Below, one piece after another: positions 63,958 to 64,000 of a stretch of DNA of 64,000 nt (the stretch's first letter is position 1; every line of letters starts with the position of its first letter). This DNA comes from Candidatus Methylomirabilia bacterium (GTDB taxonomy: Bacteria > Methylomirabilota > Methylomirabilia > Rokubacteriales > CSP1-6). The position numbers were made by a program, and so were the translations under genes. The stretch lies in NCBI GenBank assembly GCA_041490825.1, contig JBGPTW010000011.1, positions 2,903 to 66,902 of the forward strand, read 5' to 3'. Below the pieces are notes generated by a model. That model did not search any database, was not told the DNA's origin, and worked only from the letters and a program-made list of their open reading frames with translations.

Positions 63958-64000
63958 AATCCGGCCGATTGACACGGCCCACAAAAACCAGGGCCGGATT
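63958..64000. repeat. 9-bp inverted repeat directly after the GT25 stop
   Basis: AATCCGGCC (63958-63966) and GGCCGGATT (63992-64000). Confidence 0.6.

Noticed and set aside
1-64000. rRNA, tRNA (including tRNA-Sec), sel genes, integrase or prophage
   Set aside because: None recognised by eye; Sec machinery must be sought elsewhere in the genome.

Overview
High-GC bacterial chromosomal segment. The gene content (many ABC importers, a zinc-ribbon/class III cyclase/AAA/TPR protein, selenoprotein candidates) resembles Candidatus Rokubacteria/Methylomirabilota; this is an inference, not a database result. About 60 CDSs: a Liv-type ABC importer, a MoxR/DUF58 cluster, an amidohydrolase with MetE-like and LigB-like genes, an Fe3+/polyamine-type ABC importer, glcDEF-moaB, degP, rfbA-C-B, two type II toxin-antitoxin pairs plus a HicB-like module, and NitT-type and Phn-type importers. 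No rRNA, tRNA or CRISPR array was seen. Main observations: (1) Two genes are split by an in-frame TGA at the catalytic Cys position and followed by a SECIS-like hairpin starting 13 nt downstream, so they are candidate selenoproteins: a rhodanese-MoeB fusion (36447-37703, minus) and a secreted, Cys-free peroxiredoxin (49225-49779) next to a secreted TlpA. (2) A ~72-bp two-hairpin repeat family occurs at 8 loci, all in the same orientation, with compensatory base changes, tandem amplification in 45/48-bp steps and invasion of coding sequences. (3) A ~1.05-kb IS-derived remnant carrying a HicB-like module sits inside one of these repeats. (4) An operon combines a heme-oxygenase-like diiron enzyme, a gentisate-dioxygenase-like bicupin and an importer. 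(5) The last ~1.2 kb (a GT25 gene) looks foreign.
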